Positions 34,319 through 44,627 of a stretch of 64,000 bases of DNA are shown piece after piece. Numbering within the stretch: position 1 is the stretch's first letter; every line of letters begins with the position of its first letter. A program made the translations under genes and the position numbers. The notes under the pieces were generated by a model that had not been told where the DNA came from, did not search any database, and saw only the letters and a program-made list of their open reading frames with translations. This DNA is from Nitrospira sp. (lineage in GTDB: Bacteria; Nitrospirota; Nitrospiria; Nitrospirales; Nitrospiraceae): positions 140,858 through 204,857 of the forward strand of contig JAFEBH010000025.1 of assembly GCA_018242765.1 (NCBI GenBank). Direction: 5' to 3'.

Positions 34319-35748
34319 CCCTTCCCCGTCTTTCTCAGCTGGTGAATAGCAGCCCCATCAAGATCTTCGATGGCTTCCATGACGCCCTCGGCGAGCGTCG
34401 GATGGGCATGGATGAGTCCAGACACTTGGGTAGCCGTCGCCCCGACTTGCATCGCCAACGCCGGTTCATGGATGAGATCCGCTGCATGGGCTCCGAGGAT
34501 ATGCATGCCCAAGATCCGATCCGTCTCAGCATCGGCAATAACTTTGTAAAACCCCGTTGTGTCTCCCGTCGCCTGAGCCTTCCCCAGAGCCCCATAGCGA
34601 AATCGTCCGACCTTCACCGCTTGGTTCGGATCCTTCCCATTCTGCACCGCACGCGCCCGGGCCTGTTGTTCGGTCAATCCCACACGTCCGATCTCCGGTA
34701 GCGTGAAGATACCGGCTGGGATCACGTCATAATCGATGGCTCGTTGATGCCCAAGAATATGCTCGACCGCCACCTGCCCTTGCGTTGATGCGACATGAGC
34801 CAACATCGCCTTGCCTGTCACATCACCGATTGCATAGATACCTGAGACATTCGTGCGCATGTGTTCATCAACCAGCACTTCGCCACGCTGCCCAATCGAA
34901 ACACCGACCTGTTCCAATCCGATCCCTCGCGAGTTGAATCCGCGCCCCACCGAGACTAAGAGCTTCTCGGTCGTCATCGTGCTTCCGTCTTTCAACGACA
35001 GCACCACTGATTCGGATGATCGTTCTACCTGCTCCACGGTGGTTCCGGTCAGGACCGTGACCCCACGCTTCTTCAACTCCCGCTCCATCGTGGACGAAAT
35101 CTCCTCATCCTCCAATGGGAGGAGCCGCGGCATCAGCTCCAGAATAGTAACCTGCGTCCCAAGACCGCTGTACAACGCGGCGAACTCGCACCCCTCCACC
35201 CCACCACCCAGGATGGCAAGGCTGGCCGGAACCTGTGTCAGGTCGAGTATCTGCTGGCTCGTCACAATCTGCCGACCATCAATGGGAAATTGGGGGAGGT
35301 TCGGCCATGAAGATCCGGTGGCGATCACCAATGCATCGGCATGAATCTCACGCTGTGCTCCATCCGGCAGTGTCACGGCAAGGGTGCGTGCGTCCTTGAC
35401 AACCCCCTGCCCTGTGACCTGTTCGATCCCCCAACCTTTGAACAGAGTCGCAATCCCTTTCACAAGCGTGGCAACCACCTTCTCTTTCCGAGTCACCATG
35501 CGGGCAAGATCGTAGGTCACAGGCGCCTGAAGCACGAGCCCCAGATCCTCCGATTTCTTGAGCTTGTCACCGAGCTCCACGACGGAGAGCAGCGCCTTGC
35601 TGGGAATACAGCCCCAGTTGAGGCAGACCCCGCCGAGCTGTTCTCGCTCGATGACTGTCACCCGCGCGCCGAGTTGAGCCGCACGAATGGCTGCGACATA
35701 GCCGCCGGGACCAGCTCCAAGAATCGCGATGTGGGGTGAAGAAGTCAT
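34315..35748 (-). CDS. lpdA: Dihydrolipoyl dehydrogenase
   Basis: 477 aa. FAD motif GAGPGGYVAAIRAAQLG and redox-active GGVCLNWGCIPSKALL. Confidence 0.92.
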   Translation of the reverse strand: MTSSPHIAILGAGPGGYVAAIRAAQLGARVTVIEREQLGGVCLNWGCIPSKALLSVVELGDKLKKSEDLGLVLQAPVTYDLARMVTRKEKVVATLVKGIATLFKGWGIEQVTGQGVVKDARTLAVTLPDGAQREIHADALVIATGSSWPNLPQFPIDGRQIVTSQQILDLTQVPASLAILGGGVEGCEFAALYSGLGTQVTILELMPRLLPLEDEEISSTMERELKKRGVTVLTGTTVEQVERSSESVVLSLKDGSTMTTEKLLVSVGRGFNSRGIGLEQVGVSIGQRGEVLVDEHMRTNVSGIYAIGDVTGKAMLAHVASTQGQVAVEHILGHQRAIDYDVIPAGIFTLPEIGRVGLTEQQARARAVQNGKDPNQAVKVGRFRYGALGKAQATGDTTGFYKVIADAETDRILGMHILGAHAADLIHEPALAMQVGATATQVSGLIHAHPTLAEGVMEAIEDLDGAAIHQLRKTGKG

Positions 35749-35839
35749 TGGATCAATCGCTCATCGTTGATTGAGGCATTGCAACCAGTCACCAATGATC
35801 CAATCACACAATGGTTCGGCGATCCAACGGACAAGACGT

Positions 35840-36226
35840 TCAATGTTTCTGACTGGCGAGAAAAGCCTCGTATTGCGCGGCCGTCATCAGTCGATCAACT
35901 TCTCCGGGACTGCTCAGCTCGATGACAGCCATCCATCCCTTGCCATAGGGGTCTGAATTCACCACCTCAGGATGATCTTTTAGATCTGTATTGATCTTGG
36001 TGACCGTGCCGCTCACCGGCGTGTAGATCGTTGAAGTGGTTTTGGTCGACTCAACCTCCCCGATCTGCTGTCCGACCTTCACCGTCGCCCCGACCTTGGG
36101 AAGCTCCAGAAAGACGATGTCGCCCAACGCATCCTGCGCAAAGTGGCTGATCCCCACCGTCGCTTGTTTGCCGTCAACTCGAACCCACTCATGCTCTTGA
36201 TGATAGCGCAAATCGGATGGAATCAT
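35840..36226 (-). CDS. gcvH: Glycine cleavage system protein H
   Basis: 128 aa. YHQEHEWVRVDG...GISHFAQDALGDIVFLELP...GEVESTKTTSTIYTPVSG, which includes the lipoyl-lysine motif. Confidence 0.92.
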   Translation of the reverse strand: MIPSDLRYHQEHEWVRVDGKQATVGISHFAQDALGDIVFLELPKVGATVKVGQQIGEVESTKTTSTIYTPVSGTVTKINTDLKDHPEVVNSDPYGKGWMAVIELSSPGEVDRLMTAAQYEAFLASQKH

Positions 36227-36356
36227 GTCGGCTCCGTTTTTGAGATTCAGTATGAGAAGCTGAGGTTCAGGCGAGGACAGGCACCCGATTGCTCAGCCTC
36301 AACCCTGACCTGGTAAATTCCTCAGGATGGTAGAGGGAGCGAGTGGCATTGTCAAG

Positions 36357-36387
36357 AAACGGGCCGGCCATCATCGCCGGCCCGTTT
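36357..36387 (-). terminator. Rho-independent-type hairpin downstream of ndk
   Basis: AAACGGGCCGGC-(6 nt)-GCCGGCCCGTTT is a perfect 12-bp stem. On the minus strand it is followed by TTTCTTG. It lies 10 nt after the ndk stop. Confidence 0.6.
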
Positions 36388-36397
36388 ACGAATGATG

Positions 36398-36817
36398 CTA
36401 TGCGAAGATCTCCATACCGGGGAAGAAGTAGCCGATCTCAAACTGAGCAGTCTCCGGCGAGTCTGAACCATGCACGGCATTGAACTCGATATTCGCTCCA
36501 TGGGTTTTGCGAATGGTTCCCGCGTCCGCCTTTGCCGGGTCCGTCGCGCCCATCAGCTCCCGGTTCCTTTTAATGGCATTCTCACCTTGGAGCACAATGA
36601 CCACGGCAGGACCGGAAGACATGAAGGCGCACAAGCTCCCGAAAAATGGTCGCGCTTTGTGGACCGCATAAAACCCTTCCACAACAGACTGAGACATATG
36701 AATCATCTTGATGGCAATCGGCTTCAATCCCGCTTGTTCATATCGAAGGATAATATCCCCGATGACATTTTTCTTTACAGCATCCGGTTTGACGATGGCC
36801 AATGTTCGTTCGTTCAT
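36398..36817 (-). CDS. ndk: Nucleoside diphosphate kinase
   Basis: [14 protein letters not shown]...NAVHGSDS. The track ORF extends upstream to 36943, but the canonical N-terminus begins at 36817. Confidence 0.92.
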   Translation of the reverse strand: MNERTLAIVKPDAVKKNVIGDIILRYEQAGLKPIAIKMIHMSQSVVEGFYAVHKARPFFGSLCAFMSSGPAVVIVLQGENAIKRNRELMGATDPAKADAGTIRKTHGANIEFNAVHGSDSPETAQFEIGYFFPGMEIFA

Positions 36818-37018
36818 GATCGATCCGACTCCTCTAGTATTGAATATTATTAGCGAATCCACTGGAACAGTGGACACATTATAGGAGGGCACTCTTCCGG
36901 CTTGCAAGCATGGTGCAGCGGCACGACACAGCACCTCCAGCACAATTTTTTGTACGGCAACCGCTCATCCGGAACTCATCGAAGGGCTCGCACGAGGAGA
37001 GAAGACGTCCCTCCGACC

Positions 37019-38533
37019 TCAGACGGCCTTGAGACGAAAGAAACCGTAGACGACCATCTTGAACAGCACCCATCTCTGCCCGACACGTCGAATCATGTTG
37101 GTGCCGTAGGTCCGTGCTTCGTAACGAATGGGAATCTCCACAATCTGCAGATTGAGCTTGGACGCACCGAACAGCAGATTGAAATCCCCAGGAGGATCGA
37201 CATCGTCGAAATACTGTCGATTGGCCGCCAGGCGTTCATAGTCACGCCGGAAGAAGACTTTGGTCCCACAACGCGGGTCCTTGATTCGCTGATTGAGCAG
37301 CCACGAGAATGCCGCTCCAAATACCGTATTGACGAACAGAACGAGCAGACGCCTCGTATGTCCCTCCTGAGGGTAGATCAGCCGACAGCCTATGATGAAC
37401 TCCCCCTTTCCGCTCGCGATCGCTTCATAGAATTTCGGAAGGGCCTCCGGTGGCATCGACACATCCGCGTCCAGGATCATGAGAATATCGCCCAGGGCAT
37501 GGGCAAATCCCTTGCAGATCGCATCGTGTTTTCCTTGCCCATCCTGTACCAAGAGTTTGATATTCCTACTTGGATAAAATGCCCTGACGCGTGTGATCTC
37601 TTCCACGGTTCCGTCGATCGAATGCCCGTCGACAAACAGAATCTCCTGGCGGCCTCCGAACTCCGGAATCCGTCTCAAGATCGCATCAATATGGCCTTGT
37701 TCGTTCCGACACGGGATGACGATGGTCGTTGAATAGGGCCGTTCCGGCCTCCGGAGCCTCGCACGAGCAATCACATAATGCGACAGACAGAGTCCACGCC
37801 ATCCTGGGAGATGGGCGAGCAGCCTGTTGCACAACGGACCAAGCAGCGGAACTGACAAGGGTAACAACAATCGTCGCTCGACCTTCACGACATCGAAATC
37901 GGCGAGATACAGGAGATTCGTGAGATCCGCCGGCGAGAGCCAGCTTTGCTCGCGCTGCGGCATCTTCAGCCCAACGTTCTCACACAACCGGAGAATCGGT
38001 TCCCACACATGGTTGTGAGACGACATGATGACTCTGGTCTGGGCGGTACAGAGACGGCGTAGACGTTTGAACGCCGCCTGGACATCCAGCAAATGGCCGA
38101 CCACATCCGCGAGAATGATGACATCGAAGTGTTCATCAAGCTCGAGTGTTTCGACATCCCCGACTCGAAACTCCAAGGCCGGATGCCGTTGAGCCGCCTC
38201 CTTCACCATGACAGGACTCAAATCGATACCAAGTCCACGCGACGGCTTCAACGCGGCAAGGAGATTGCCGATCCCTGACCCGATTTCCAAGACCCGTAAT
38301 CCCTCGGGTACAAGAAACTTGAGATAGCGGGTTTGATCATCGTAGTAGGCCTTGGCCTTCTTCTCCCAGAACAGCCGATGCGGGGCGTAGGCATCGAAAT
38401 GATCGCGGATCGCTTTTTTCTTGGTACTGGTCTGGAATCGCCCTCCCGGATGAAAAGGATCAGACGACGTCTCGAGATCCGTCTCATCCCAATCCGGCGA
38501 GGGAAAGAGTTTATAAAGTCTCGCTGGTCCCAT
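37019..38533 (-). CDS. Fusion protein: class I SAM-dependent methyltransferase + family 2 glycosyltransferase
   Basis: 504 aa. N-terminal half has VLEIGSGIGNLL. C-terminal half has TIVIPCRNEQGHI...LFVDGHSIDGT...LMILDADVS. Confidence 0.75.
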   Translation of the reverse strand: MGPARLYKLFPSPDWDETDLETSSDPFHPGGRFQTSTKKKAIRDHFDAYAPHRLFWEKKAKAYYDDQTRYLKFLVPEGLRVLEIGSGIGNLLAALKPSRGLGIDLSPVMVKEAAQRHPALEFRVGDVETLELDEHFDVIILADVVGHLLDVQAAFKRLRRLCTAQTRVIMSSHNHVWEPILRLCENVGLKMPQREQSWLSPADLTNLLYLADFDVVKVERRLLLPLSVPLLGPLCNRLLAHLPGWRGLCLSHYVIARARLRRPERPYSTTIVIPCRNEQGHIDAILRRIPEFGGRQEILFVDGHSIDGTVEEITRVRAFYPSRNIKLLVQDGQGKHDAICKGFAHALGDILMILDADVSMPPEALPKFYEAIASGKGEFIIGCRLIYPQEGHTRRLLVLFVNTVFGAAFSWLLNQRIKDPRCGTKVFFRRDYERLAANRQYFDDVDPPGDFNLLFGASKLNLQIVEIPIRYEARTYGTNMIRRVGQRWVLFKMVVYGFFRLKAV

Positions 38534-38685
38534 AGGGATCCGTGCACGGCTAGCAGTGGATCCACAGTAGCACCGGCAGATCGTTTTGGCACGAGTTCCG
38601 AAAGAATCGGCGGGAAGAGATTGTGGTCACACCACGTCAGAGCACCGACGATGCGCTGCCGACAGAGGACACTGGATGTTCATGA

Positions 38686-39195
38686 TCAGCGATCACACTC
38701 CAGGCCATATTGTTTCCGAATGTTTTGGGCAACATCTGGTGGTTCTTTGGTCAAGAGCGCACAGGTCGTAAAGTTGCCGATGACCTTTTTCCTGCCCTTA
38801 TCGACGTAAGTCCAGTCGACAATTTCCGTCTTTGCAAACGAATACATCTGGCCCTTCTTCAATGATCGAACCACCGGCAGATTTTCGATCTGCCCCGACC
38901 ACAGATCGCCTTCCCCTTTCAGATTGGAAATCCAGAGGTACTCAAGACTCTCCCCTTCACTCACCCGCACCTTCACCGAATAGTGGCCGGTATCGGACGG
39001 CGGTGATCCCGCTTTTTTCAGAAAACCCTCCAGTCCGGCACGGGCGCGCGCCATGGCCTTTTGCATCGCCGGATCCTCATCGCTGATCTCGACCGTACTA
39101 TCGCTTTTCGCCTTGTCGGTGAATGAATCAGCGAACACCGGTGGGGACATCAGTGCCACAATGAGCCCAATCTTCAGCGCTACCAGTCCTCTCAT
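38686..39195 (-). CDS. Secreted DUF2314-like protein
   Basis: Signal peptide followed by EYLWISNL...WSGQIENLP...IVDWTY. Confidence 0.55.
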   Translation of the reverse strand: MRGLVALKIGLIVALMSPPVFADSFTDKAKSDSTVEISDEDPAMQKAMARARAGLEGFLKKAGSPPSDTGHYSVKVRVSEGESLEYLWISNLKGEGDLWSGQIENLPVVRSLKKGQMYSFAKTEIVDWTYVDKGRKKVIGNFTTCALLTKEPPDVAQNIRKQYGLECDR

Positions 39196-39341
39196 ACCTA
39201 CCCTCCCACGCGCGTGCAGAACATCCGTCCGTCTAGGGCGACCATATTGACCCTTCTGCCGACTCTAATGCAAGATCGTCGGTTGGCTCCCCACCTCACC
39301 TCATCACCGCTCAAAGTCTCCCGACCACCCCCGTTGACAGA

Positions 39342-40217
39342 ATGAGTTCATCTGGTCATTGTTACACCGACACCATGTCGCGTCGTCACGGTGCCCCCCA
39401 CACGCCTTCCCGCCACCAGCGTCCCAAGCATCCACTGGTACGCGTTGTTCGTGGAAGCTGGCGGGTGCTCATCGCATGTCTGCGTGCCATCCTCAAGGCT
39501 CCGCCGACCATTCAAGTATGGAGTACGGTAGCCATCCTCATCACTGTGGCTTTAACCATCAATTGGATCTATCACGCCTATTATAAGCCGACGGAACTAT
39601 TCTTTCCGGTCGAACCGGCCTTTCACAAAAGCCCTCGTGAAACGTGGGGAGAGTATGGACCACTGTTCGAGATCCATTCGACGGCGATCATTACACCGGA
39701 GCTGCTGGCCGCCATCGCGCAAGCCGAAGGCTCCGGCAATCCTGTTGCGCGAACCTACTGGAAATGGCGCCTCACCTCGCACAATCCGCTGGAGTGGTAT
39801 CAACCTGCCTCCACGGCTGTCGGGATGTTTCAGATCACCGACGGCACGTTTCAAGAAGGGAAACGCTATTGTATTCACAACCATGTCGTCGTTGAAACGG
39901 GACCATGGAACAATTTCGATTCCTGCTGGTTCAACAGCCTGTATAGTAGAGTCATTCCTGGACATGCCATGGAACTGACCGCCTCGTTGCTCGACCGACA
40001 GGTCACGCGGTTGATTGGAGACCGCGAGGCTACGTTCGAACAAAAACAGGAGCTGGCCGCAGTCATACATCTCTGCGGCGCAGGAGCCGGCCGCAACTAT
40101 GTCAAACGGAACTATCGACTGACGCCGCACCAGCACTGTGGCGCCCATGATCTCAGAACCTACCTACTGAGGATTTCCGCTTTGAAACAGCAGTTCACGT
40201 TCCTCAGGGGACAGTGA
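39342..40217 (+). CDS. Membrane-anchored lytic transglycosylase (SLT-like) domain protein
   Basis: TM helix (VWSTVAILITVALTINWIY) followed by LLAAIAQAEGSGNP...AVGMFQITDGTF. Confidence 0.55.
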   Translation: MSSSGHCYTDTMSRRHGAPHTPSRHQRPKHPLVRVVRGSWRVLIACLRAILKAPPTIQVWSTVAILITVALTINWIYHAYYKPTELFFPVEPAFHKSPRETWGEYGPLFEIHSTAIITPELLAAIAQAEGSGNPVARTYWKWRLTSHNPLEWYQPASTAVGMFQITDGTFQEGKRYCIHNHVVVETGPWNNFDSCWFNSLYSRVIPGHAMELTASLLDRQVTRLIGDREATFEQKQELAAVIHLCGAGAGRNYVKRNYRLTPHQHCGAHDLRTYLLRISALKQQFTFLRGQ

Positions 40218-40278
40218 GGACGAGTGCTACGTCATGAGTGCTGAGTCTGATCGAAAAACGTAAGAGTCAGCAGAGGGA

Positions 40279-41169
40279 TTAGCAAGGGTTGACGGAAGCG
40301 AGCGCACCCAACGAGGACTCCATGTCCGCCAGGATCTGAGTCCGGCTCGGTTCAGCGGTGAGATACCCGATGAAGCTATGCCCACCAGAATAGGTTGGAG
40401 AAAGCAGCAACGGACTGATCCCCCAATTGGTATTGGCCGGTAACGTGCCAGGCAGGGCAAGGCGAATCCCATTGATGAGCAGATCGGCGCTCGACGTACG
40501 GTAGAGTCCGTTGCCACGCACTGTATCGGCCGGTGTGGCAACCCCCACAATCTTCACGGCACCCACCGGTGGCTTCTGCACCTGTCCAAACACCTCGTCA
40601 TATGACGCATTACTGTAGAGATTTCCTTGAGAATGTGGCACGACAAGCACACGACGGCAGGATGGGAATGCAAGTTGTTCCCGATAGGTGGTCGCATGGC
40701 GAGTGATCGTCGCCTGATCGATTTGATCGGCCTTAGTAATCGGACGTTGCAAGACCTGGGCAATCATGCCGGAGGTCGCCAATCCCACTCCTTCCAACCC
40801 GCGCCAAAAAGCAGGCACCGTAAGCCCTAACCGTTGCTGACCTGCTTCAAGAAAATCTTTAACGGCTCCGGAGGTCGGATTGATGTTCAGAAAGAACAGA
40901 TGGCACATGGCCTGAACGGACGGAATCATCGTCGGGAGCTTGCTTAGAAACTCCAGCTCCAATTTCCCACCGTTCAGTCTCGCTTCATCGAGCGTCGTCG
41001 TCACCCCGTTCACAAAATAGATCGCCGCGCGAGGAGCCCCCGCATTCTGGCAAGCCGGTTGAGGTTGTCCTTGCACGTCCGCATCAGGCAACCACCCCGC
41101 TCCCATGAGCGCGAGCAGCGACAGCACAAGAGACCATCGGATGCTCACGATTGACATGCCGTCACCCAT
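40279..41169 (-). CDS. Secreted hypothetical protein, possible alpha/beta-hydrolase
   Basis: Signal peptide, and a VVPHSQGN motif that resembles the nucleophile elbow. The functional call is weak. Confidence 0.35.
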   Translation of the reverse strand: MGDGMSIVSIRWSLVLSLLALMGAGWLPDADVQGQPQPACQNAGAPRAAIYFVNGVTTTLDEARLNGGKLELEFLSKLPTMIPSVQAMCHLFFLNINPTSGAVKDFLEAGQQRLGLTVPAFWRGLEGVGLATSGMIAQVLQRPITKADQIDQATITRHATTYREQLAFPSCRRVLVVPHSQGNLYSNASYDEVFGQVQKPPVGAVKIVGVATPADTVRGNGLYRTSSADLLINGIRLALPGTLPANTNWGISPLLLSPTYSGGHSFIGYLTAEPSRTQILADMESSLGALASVNPC

Positions 41170-41669
41170 TGGTCCGCCGGCAGCACAGGGATGCTCGCGG
41201 TCTTCACCTGATCATCGGCTTTCAGATAGGCCTCCGAACGGCTCGACGTATTCAAAAGTTGCGCGCGCACGTCAACAAACACCGTATGGAAGTCACGAGG
41301 TCGTCTCGCCATCAGGCACTCCAAGGCCCGAAACCGTTCCGTTGCGTGGGTGAGGGATAGGGTTGGACTGCCTGCATCAATCAGGGATGACTGAACGGCC
41401 CTCGCATACTGACGCACGGCCTTCTTGAGATCAGCGCTGGCCTGGTCAGCATAGGTCGTGTCGATATACCGATCGACGTCATCACGCACCCCGTTCGTGT
41501 CGGCATCCACCCCGGCAACGGTCTCCGTTTGGATCGGGGACGATAATGGTGCGTTCTCCCCGCTGCAGGATATCAACAGACCAGCCAACAATCCCGTTGT
41601 CACAACAAAGGCAAACACCTCGATTCCCCACCGGCACAACGAATGGCTCTGGTTCTCGCGGCCTGTCAT
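41145..41669 (-). CDS. Hypothetical lipoprotein
   Basis: LLAGLLISC lipobox-like signal. No recognisable family. Confidence 0.45.
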   Translation of the reverse strand: MTGRENQSHSLCRWGIEVFAFVVTTGLLAGLLISCSGENAPLSSPIQTETVAGVDADTNGVRDDVDRYIDTTYADQASADLKKAVRQYARAVQSSLIDAGSPTLSLTHATERFRALECLMARRPRDFHTVFVDVRAQLLNTSSRSEAYLKADDQVKTASIPVLPADQWVTACQS

Positions 41670-41759
41670 GGAACGACTCTACCGAGCCCTCACGGGGAAA
41701 CGCAACTCTCGCACGGGATGCTTCGGTTCATGGTATGGTGGGTACGCAACCGCACCGTG

Positions 41760-43073
41760 ATGAATACCAACCCCTCCATAGCTCCGGAGAGGCCCCACGC
41801 ACTCCGCACAACGGTCCTGGCCGGTGCGATCGGGAATGTGCTGGAATGGTATGATTTCGCGCTCTTCGGATACTTTGCCCCCGTCTTGTCCGTCCTGTTT
41901 TTTCCTGCCTCCGATCCCTCATTGTCGTTGATCGCCACATTCAGCGTGTTTGCCGTCGGATTTTTGGCCAGACCGCTGGGTGCGCTGTGCTTCGGCTATT
42001 GGGGAGATACGCGAGGACGCCGATCAGCGCTTTCATGGTCGGTCATCCTCATGGCAATCCCCACCTGTCTCCTCGGCCTGCTGCCGACCTACGCGCAGAT
42101 CGGCCTCGCCGCGCCAATTGCGTTGACCCTCTTACGGTTTATTCAAGGATTCTCAGTCGGTGGAGAATTTACCGGATCCGTGACCTTTCTGATCGAACAT
42201 GCCGCACGAAACGAACGAGGCTATATCGGCAGTTGGGCCGGTTTCAGCGCACAAATCGGCGCCTTGTTGGGCTCCGGAGTCGGCGCTATCGCCGGTGCGA
42301 GTTTCACGCCGGAGACTCTGCACGATTGGGGCTGGCGCATTCCGTTCTTGGCAGGAAGTGTCATCGCCGTAGTCGGTTGGTATCTCCGCCGAAACCTCCC
42401 TGAATCACCGGCCTTTGAACGACTCCAACAAAGTGGAGTGGTCTCGTCCACACCGATTCGTGACTTCGCAACGCAGAACCAGGCACCGCTGCTTCAAGTT
42501 GTCGGCCTCGTGCTGCTGCACGGCGTAGGGTTCTATATCTTTTACGTCTATCTCCCCACCTATCTGACGAAGGTAACCGATCTCCCGATGCAGACCGCCT
42601 TAACCATCAATACCATCTGTATGGCCATGATGGCGGTGCTGATCCCGATCATGGGCAAGGTAGCCGATCGAGTCGGACCTCAATGGGTCCTCACCGCCGG
42701 TGCGGTTGGGCTCGCGTTCGGCACCATCCCATTCTTCATGTGCTTCAGCAGCGGACAGGTGATGGCGGTGGTCATGGCGCAGTTGGGTGTCACCCTCTTC
42801 GTCGCCGCCTACATGGGCCCCTTCTTTGCCGTCGTCGCCATCCTCTTTCCGGTTGCCCATCGCTACACGGGGCTTTCAATTTCGTACAATATGGCATCGG
42901 CTCTGTTTGGTGGGACCGCTCCGTTGATCGCCACCATGATTGTTGAACGAAGTGGAAGCCCGCTTGCTCCAGGCTGGTACGTGAGTCTCTGTGCCATCAT
43001 CTCGCTTTTCGTGCTTCTGACCATTCAGGCCGAAAAGAATGCCGCCGCTCAAGCCCATCCCAACCCTCATTGA
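41760..43073 (+). CDS. MFS transporter (ProP/metabolite:H+ symporter-like)
   Basis: MNTNPS...GNVLEWYDFALFGYFAPVL...GYWGDTRGRR, with 12 predicted TMs. The track ORF starts upstream at 41643. Confidence 0.85.
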   Translation: MNTNPSIAPERPHALRTTVLAGAIGNVLEWYDFALFGYFAPVLSVLFFPASDPSLSLIATFSVFAVGFLARPLGALCFGYWGDTRGRRSALSWSVILMAIPTCLLGLLPTYAQIGLAAPIALTLLRFIQGFSVGGEFTGSVTFLIEHAARNERGYIGSWAGFSAQIGALLGSGVGAIAGASFTPETLHDWGWRIPFLAGSVIAVVGWYLRRNLPESPAFERLQQSGVVSSTPIRDFATQNQAPLLQVVGLVLLHGVGFYIFYVYLPTYLTKVTDLPMQTALTINTICMAMMAVLIPIMGKVADRVGPQWVLTAGAVGLAFGTIPFFMCFSSGQVMAVVMAQLGVTLFVAAYMGPFFAVVAILFPVAHRYTGLSISYNMASALFGGTAPLIATMIVERSGSPLAPGWYVSLCAIISLFVLLTIQAEKNAAAQAHPNPH

Positions 43074-43107
43074 CAGCGAAGACACACCGTGCTGTAGTTC
43101 CCCTGGC

Positions 43108-44553
43108 ATGACCTCGCCACCCCTGATAGATCACACGAATCTAGGTACGGGTCTGTCCGGCCCACCCGTCTCACGCTGGTGGGGGTATTTCCCTGAACTT
43201 CGCCGTGACACCCTCGGCTTTCTCTTACGCTGCCAAACCTATGGCGACGTCGTCAAACTCCCAATGGGACATGTCCTGGAGTTTTTCCTGCGGCAACCAG
43301 ATGCCGCCATGTACGTCCTGAACCATCCCGCTGATGTGAAACACATCCTGGTGACGAATCAAGACAATTATCAGAAGGGACCGGTTCCGCCGGTTGAATC
43401 CAGAATTTTCGGGCAAGGCGTCCTGCATACAGAAAGCACTATCCACCATCGTCAACGACGGCTTTTCCTCCCATTTTTTCACGGGCATCAAGTCGCCGCG
43501 TACAGCAGCCTCATCACCAGCACGGCCCACGCCCATGTCGCAGAGTGGTATGATGGCATGACAGTCGACATCGGACAAGAAATGGCTCACCTCACCCTCT
43601 CGATTATTTGGCGCCTGCTGTTCGGACAAGACTTACAGGCGGATGCCAGCCTCATCCGTGATGCCATTTCAGCCGGCCAACGGCTCATCAAGCTACAGTA
43701 CGACTCGTTCCTCGCAAGCCTGATCCCGCTCTGGATTCCCCTTCCTCGGCATCGTCGATTTCTGCGTGGTTTCCACGTGATAGAAGAAACACTCATTCAA
43801 TTGATTCGTGATCGGCGACGTAATCCCTCGTATCGGAACGACGTACTCTCGCTCTTACTGGCCGCGAAGGATGCCGATGGTCACTCACTGAACGAGAGAG
43901 AGATTCGTGATGAGCTCATGACTTTTTTGCTGGCCGGCCATGAAACCACTGCCAATGCGTTGACCTGGACCTGGGCTCTTCTGTCTCAGACCGAATCGGT
44001 TAGGGAACGGTTGGTCTGCGAGTTGAATGACGTGCTGGGCGATCGACCTCCTGACGCGGCCGACCTGCCTCGGTTGCGCTATCTCAAGATGATCTGGGAC
44101 GAGTCGCTTCGCCTCTATCCTCCCGCATGGAGCCTCCATACTCGTGTCGCCCATGCCGAGGATCGACTTCCATCGGGGGCAATCCTTCCGCCCGGATCGT
44201 GGGTCTTCATCAGCCCCTGGAATCTGCACCGAAATCCACGCTGGTTCCCTGATCCCACGCAGTTTGATCCGGAGCGGTTTTCTGAGGCAGCATGCCAGAC
44301 TCGCCCGGCCTTCACGTATATCCCATTCGGTGCCGGCGGGCGTCGATGTCTGGGGGAATCCTTCGCAGAACTTGAGGGGCTCTTGGTCCTAGCGACTGTG
44401 GCATCAAAGATTCGCCTGCGCCTGAATGACGGACGGGTGATTAAGCCGGAACCTGGCATGACCTTACATCCTCACATCCCGGTGCAGATGACCGTTGAAC
44501 AACTCCGCCCCCTCCAAACACCGAGCACCGTGGCATCAGTCGACTGCTTCTGA
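43108..44553 (+). CDS. Cytochrome P450
   Basis: AGHETT (I-helix), ESLRLYPP (ExxR region) and FGAGGRRCLGESFA (heme Cys loop). Confidence 0.88.
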   Translation: MTSPPLIDHTNLGTGLSGPPVSRWWGYFPELRRDTLGFLLRCQTYGDVVKLPMGHVLEFFLRQPDAAMYVLNHPADVKHILVTNQDNYQKGPVPPVESRIFGQGVLHTESTIHHRQRRLFLPFFHGHQVAAYSSLITSTAHAHVAEWYDGMTVDIGQEMAHLTLSIIWRLLFGQDLQADASLIRDAISAGQRLIKLQYDSFLASLIPLWIPLPRHRRFLRGFHVIEETLIQLIRDRRRNPSYRNDVLSLLLAAKDADGHSLNEREIRDELMTFLLAGHETTANALTWTWALLSQTESVRERLVCELNDVLGDRPPDAADLPRLRYLKMIWDESLRLYPPAWSLHTRVAHAEDRLPSGAILPPGSWVFISPWNLHRNPRWFPDPTQFDPERFSEAACQTRPAFTYIPFGAGGRRCLGESFAELEGLLVLATVASKIRLRLNDGRVIKPEPGMTLHPHIPVQMTVEQLRPLQTPSTVASVDCF

Positions 44554-44627
44554 CTCCTAGTCATCTGCCCGCTGATGTGATACAACCCGCCAGTGCGCAT
44601 CAGAACTTCACGCCACATCATGAACGC

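Noticed and set aside
36227-36397. Possible glycine riboswitch upstream of gcvH.
   Set aside because: The conserved glycine-aptamer blocks (GGAGAG … ACCGAAGGGGCAA) are not present. The region instead holds the ndk terminator hairpin.
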